A stretch of 64,000 nucleotides of DNA from Ascidiella aspersa (Eukaryota). Position numbers and translations under genes: made by a program. The stretch is taken from NCBI GenBank assembly GCA_963924565.1, contig OZ004607.1, forward strand, positions 6,944,001-7,008,000, given 5' to 3'. Within the stretch, counting starts at the first letter, position 1. The number at the start of each line of letters is the position of its first letter. Below, piece by piece: positions 62,250 through 64,000 of this stretch. The notes under the pieces were generated by a model. It was not told the DNA's origin. It worked only from the letters and a program-made list of their open reading frames with translations, and did no database searches.

Positions 62250-63362
62250 ATGATGAACGATCAGTGGTAAGTAAATACATTCATACGTAAAGCGATGAGT
62301 CACAGAAGGCCTTTTATTTTTTTCTTCTTGAACTTAGTTTTAAATATGTCGCTTTCTGATCTTTTTAGGTATATCCAGATGAATCTTACGTCAGAGCGGT
62401 CGAAGGTGTCCTAATCTCCACGGGCGTTTTTGGTGGACTGGCCAACATCTTAACATTAACTGTCTTGTGTATTAACTCCAAGCTACGGTACGATGCAGTT
62501 GTTTTTGTATAATCAGGCTTTATATTCTGTTGAATGTTGGTTGATATTATATCGATACTTAATATTGTTGTTCTAATAAATATAGTTTCGCTTTTTCCTT
62601 AATTGTTTTCGAGTATCAAAGTTATGTTAAACAGGTGGCTGAAATTTGACAATAAATATTAATGTTTTAGAGCACCTTTCAATCTCCTCATTTTAAGTTT
62701 GTGTTTATCGGACATTTTATCGTCTGTCGGAAATATTGCATATGGAATTATCTTTCGAAAAGGAAACATGTTGTTGGAATTTAATGTTAGTTGGTGTTAT
62801 ACTTCATAAAAAATGTTTTCATATCGGAGGGATTATGCTCTAGCCACTTAAGATATATATATACATATATATACTATAGGCTACTATATTTTTTTCTTCT
62901 AACGACTGCAATTTCTCATAGCAATTTTTGCAACAATTTTTTTAAAAATGGCGAAACCCCTTTGCTATTTAGAAATACTGAAGAAACTCGACTAATTTTT
63001 TTCAATTATGGTAAATTAATAACTCCAAATGTGAGACCCTAACACTTTTTCCTAAACTCCTTAACAAAGTGCGCGGACCCTCAATCATACCTCTTGCCTA
63101 AAGCTACGCCTTTATGGCAGAAACGAAAAAAAAAAAAAACATTATTTTTCGAAACGGCGTGGCTGCTAAAAACAACTTTTAGCAAAACGCCGTTCCGGAT
63201 TGTTCCCACTTGTCTGCAAATCACAAATATATTTTTTGCAGATTGCCGTACAACTGTCGCACGCCACTTGCTTTGTGACGTCACTGCACATGCTCGTTTT
63301 CAGCCATACGATGCCTGGTCTACGTGTTTCCTTCCTGGTCGTTTACCAAGAAAATGGCTAAG
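62250..63362 (+). pseudogene. Tandem paralog of the class A GPCR with two frameshifts; 3'-partial
   Basis: Exons 62250-62266, 62369-62487 (119 nt vs 117; +2, GTATATCC vs GTATCC, premature TAA at 62412-62414), 62671-62785, 63242-63362 (121 nt vs 123; -2, CACATGC vs CACATATGC). High nucleotide similarity to copy 1. Confidence 0.78.
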
Positions 63363-63437
63363 GTGACTGGACGCACTGTGGCACGTAAAATTTACACCTA
63401 GCTATACAAATATGAACTTTTACCATGACTTTAAAGC

Positions 63438-63715
63438 AGGGCTGCGGATTCGGGTAAAAATAAACCCGAGTCCGATTCCCGAGTGCCGAGTCCGACTCCG
63501 GTCACATGTGCGATTTCGACAACTCCCGAGTCCGACCCTGACTCTACAGCCCGTATTCCACCAACTTACGTAACTAAAAAAACGTAGATATTAACTAATC
63601 CACTTATAGGGGTGTCCTGTAATTCATTTTCTGACAATACATGGCTGGAAAATATTCCAGCACATGCTATTCCACTTTAAGTTGTGTCCGTTGCATACTT
63701 AGCACATGGTCTTAT
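63438..63715. mobile_element. GGAGTCGG-family MITE, right end missing
   Basis: Colinear with 49550-49830 (CAGGGCTGCGGA..., CACTTATAGGGGTGTC..., GGAAAATATTCCA); similarity stops near 63715. Confidence 0.62.
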
Positions 63716-64000
63716 AGAGTATGCTTAAAGAGCATAATTTTGCGTTAATCATCATTACTTAAAAATAGTGACTTTGAAACGCGCACGACAGTCACCATTA
63801 TATCTCCTTTTAAGAATCTGCTTCAGTTGAACAAATGTCGGTGTTACACCAACATCGGATATTAGCGCAGAGACCGAACAGCGAGGAACATACTGCGTAT
63901 AACTCGGAACATACTGCGTATAACGACGTTTTTTAGCGAGAAAAAAAGAAAGAAGGTTTGACTTAGCGTTGTCAATTGTCGAATACACACTTGCTGATCA

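Noticed and set aside
63755-63988. Possible LTR-retrotransposon gag fragment (TPTFVQLKQILKRRY)
   Set aside because: Short, at the window edge and with no LTR or PBS visible; part of the ORF is a 21-bp tandem duplication.

Overview
This is AT-rich, intron-rich animal DNA. The gene content and short-intron style suggest an invertebrate chordate such as an ascidian, which is inference and not proven. Most ORF-track entries are exon fragments or spurious, so I assembled the genes by hand from GT-AG junctions and reading-frame phase. (A) 1-12304 (+): the 3' part of a secreted trypsin-type protease with an intact GDSGGP, followed by 10 TSP1 repeats and 2 ShK domains. (B) 16465-35049 (+): a complete 17-exon, 856-aa tandem paralog (SP-ShK-EGF-cbEGF-trypsin-3xTSP1-ShK-3xTSP1-ShK-ShK) whose active site reads IAPGGP, so it is a catalytically dead pseudoprotease beside an active paralog. 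(C) about 37777-44450 (-): a MAP3K8/MAP3K14 (TPL2/NIK)-like kinase, with unresolved upstream exon-like ORFs up to 47836. (D) 48558-53923: a 5.37-kb DNA transposon with perfect 29-bp TIRs, 16-bp subterminal inverted repeats and an 8-bp TSD. It is P-element-like, has no recognisable transposase, and contains spliced-looking cargo. (E) 55666-59363 (+): a 9-exon, 323-aa orphan class A GPCR lacking the TM3-ECL2 disulfide, followed by a frameshifted tandem copy from 62250. Introns and intergenic DNA are packed with hAT- and Harbinger-type MITEs, nested Tx1-like LINE fragments, a tRNA-containing TIR element and a tRNA-Ser 3' half. The best candidate for an undescribed system is the active protease / dead pseudoprotease pair carrying TSP1 and ShK arrays.
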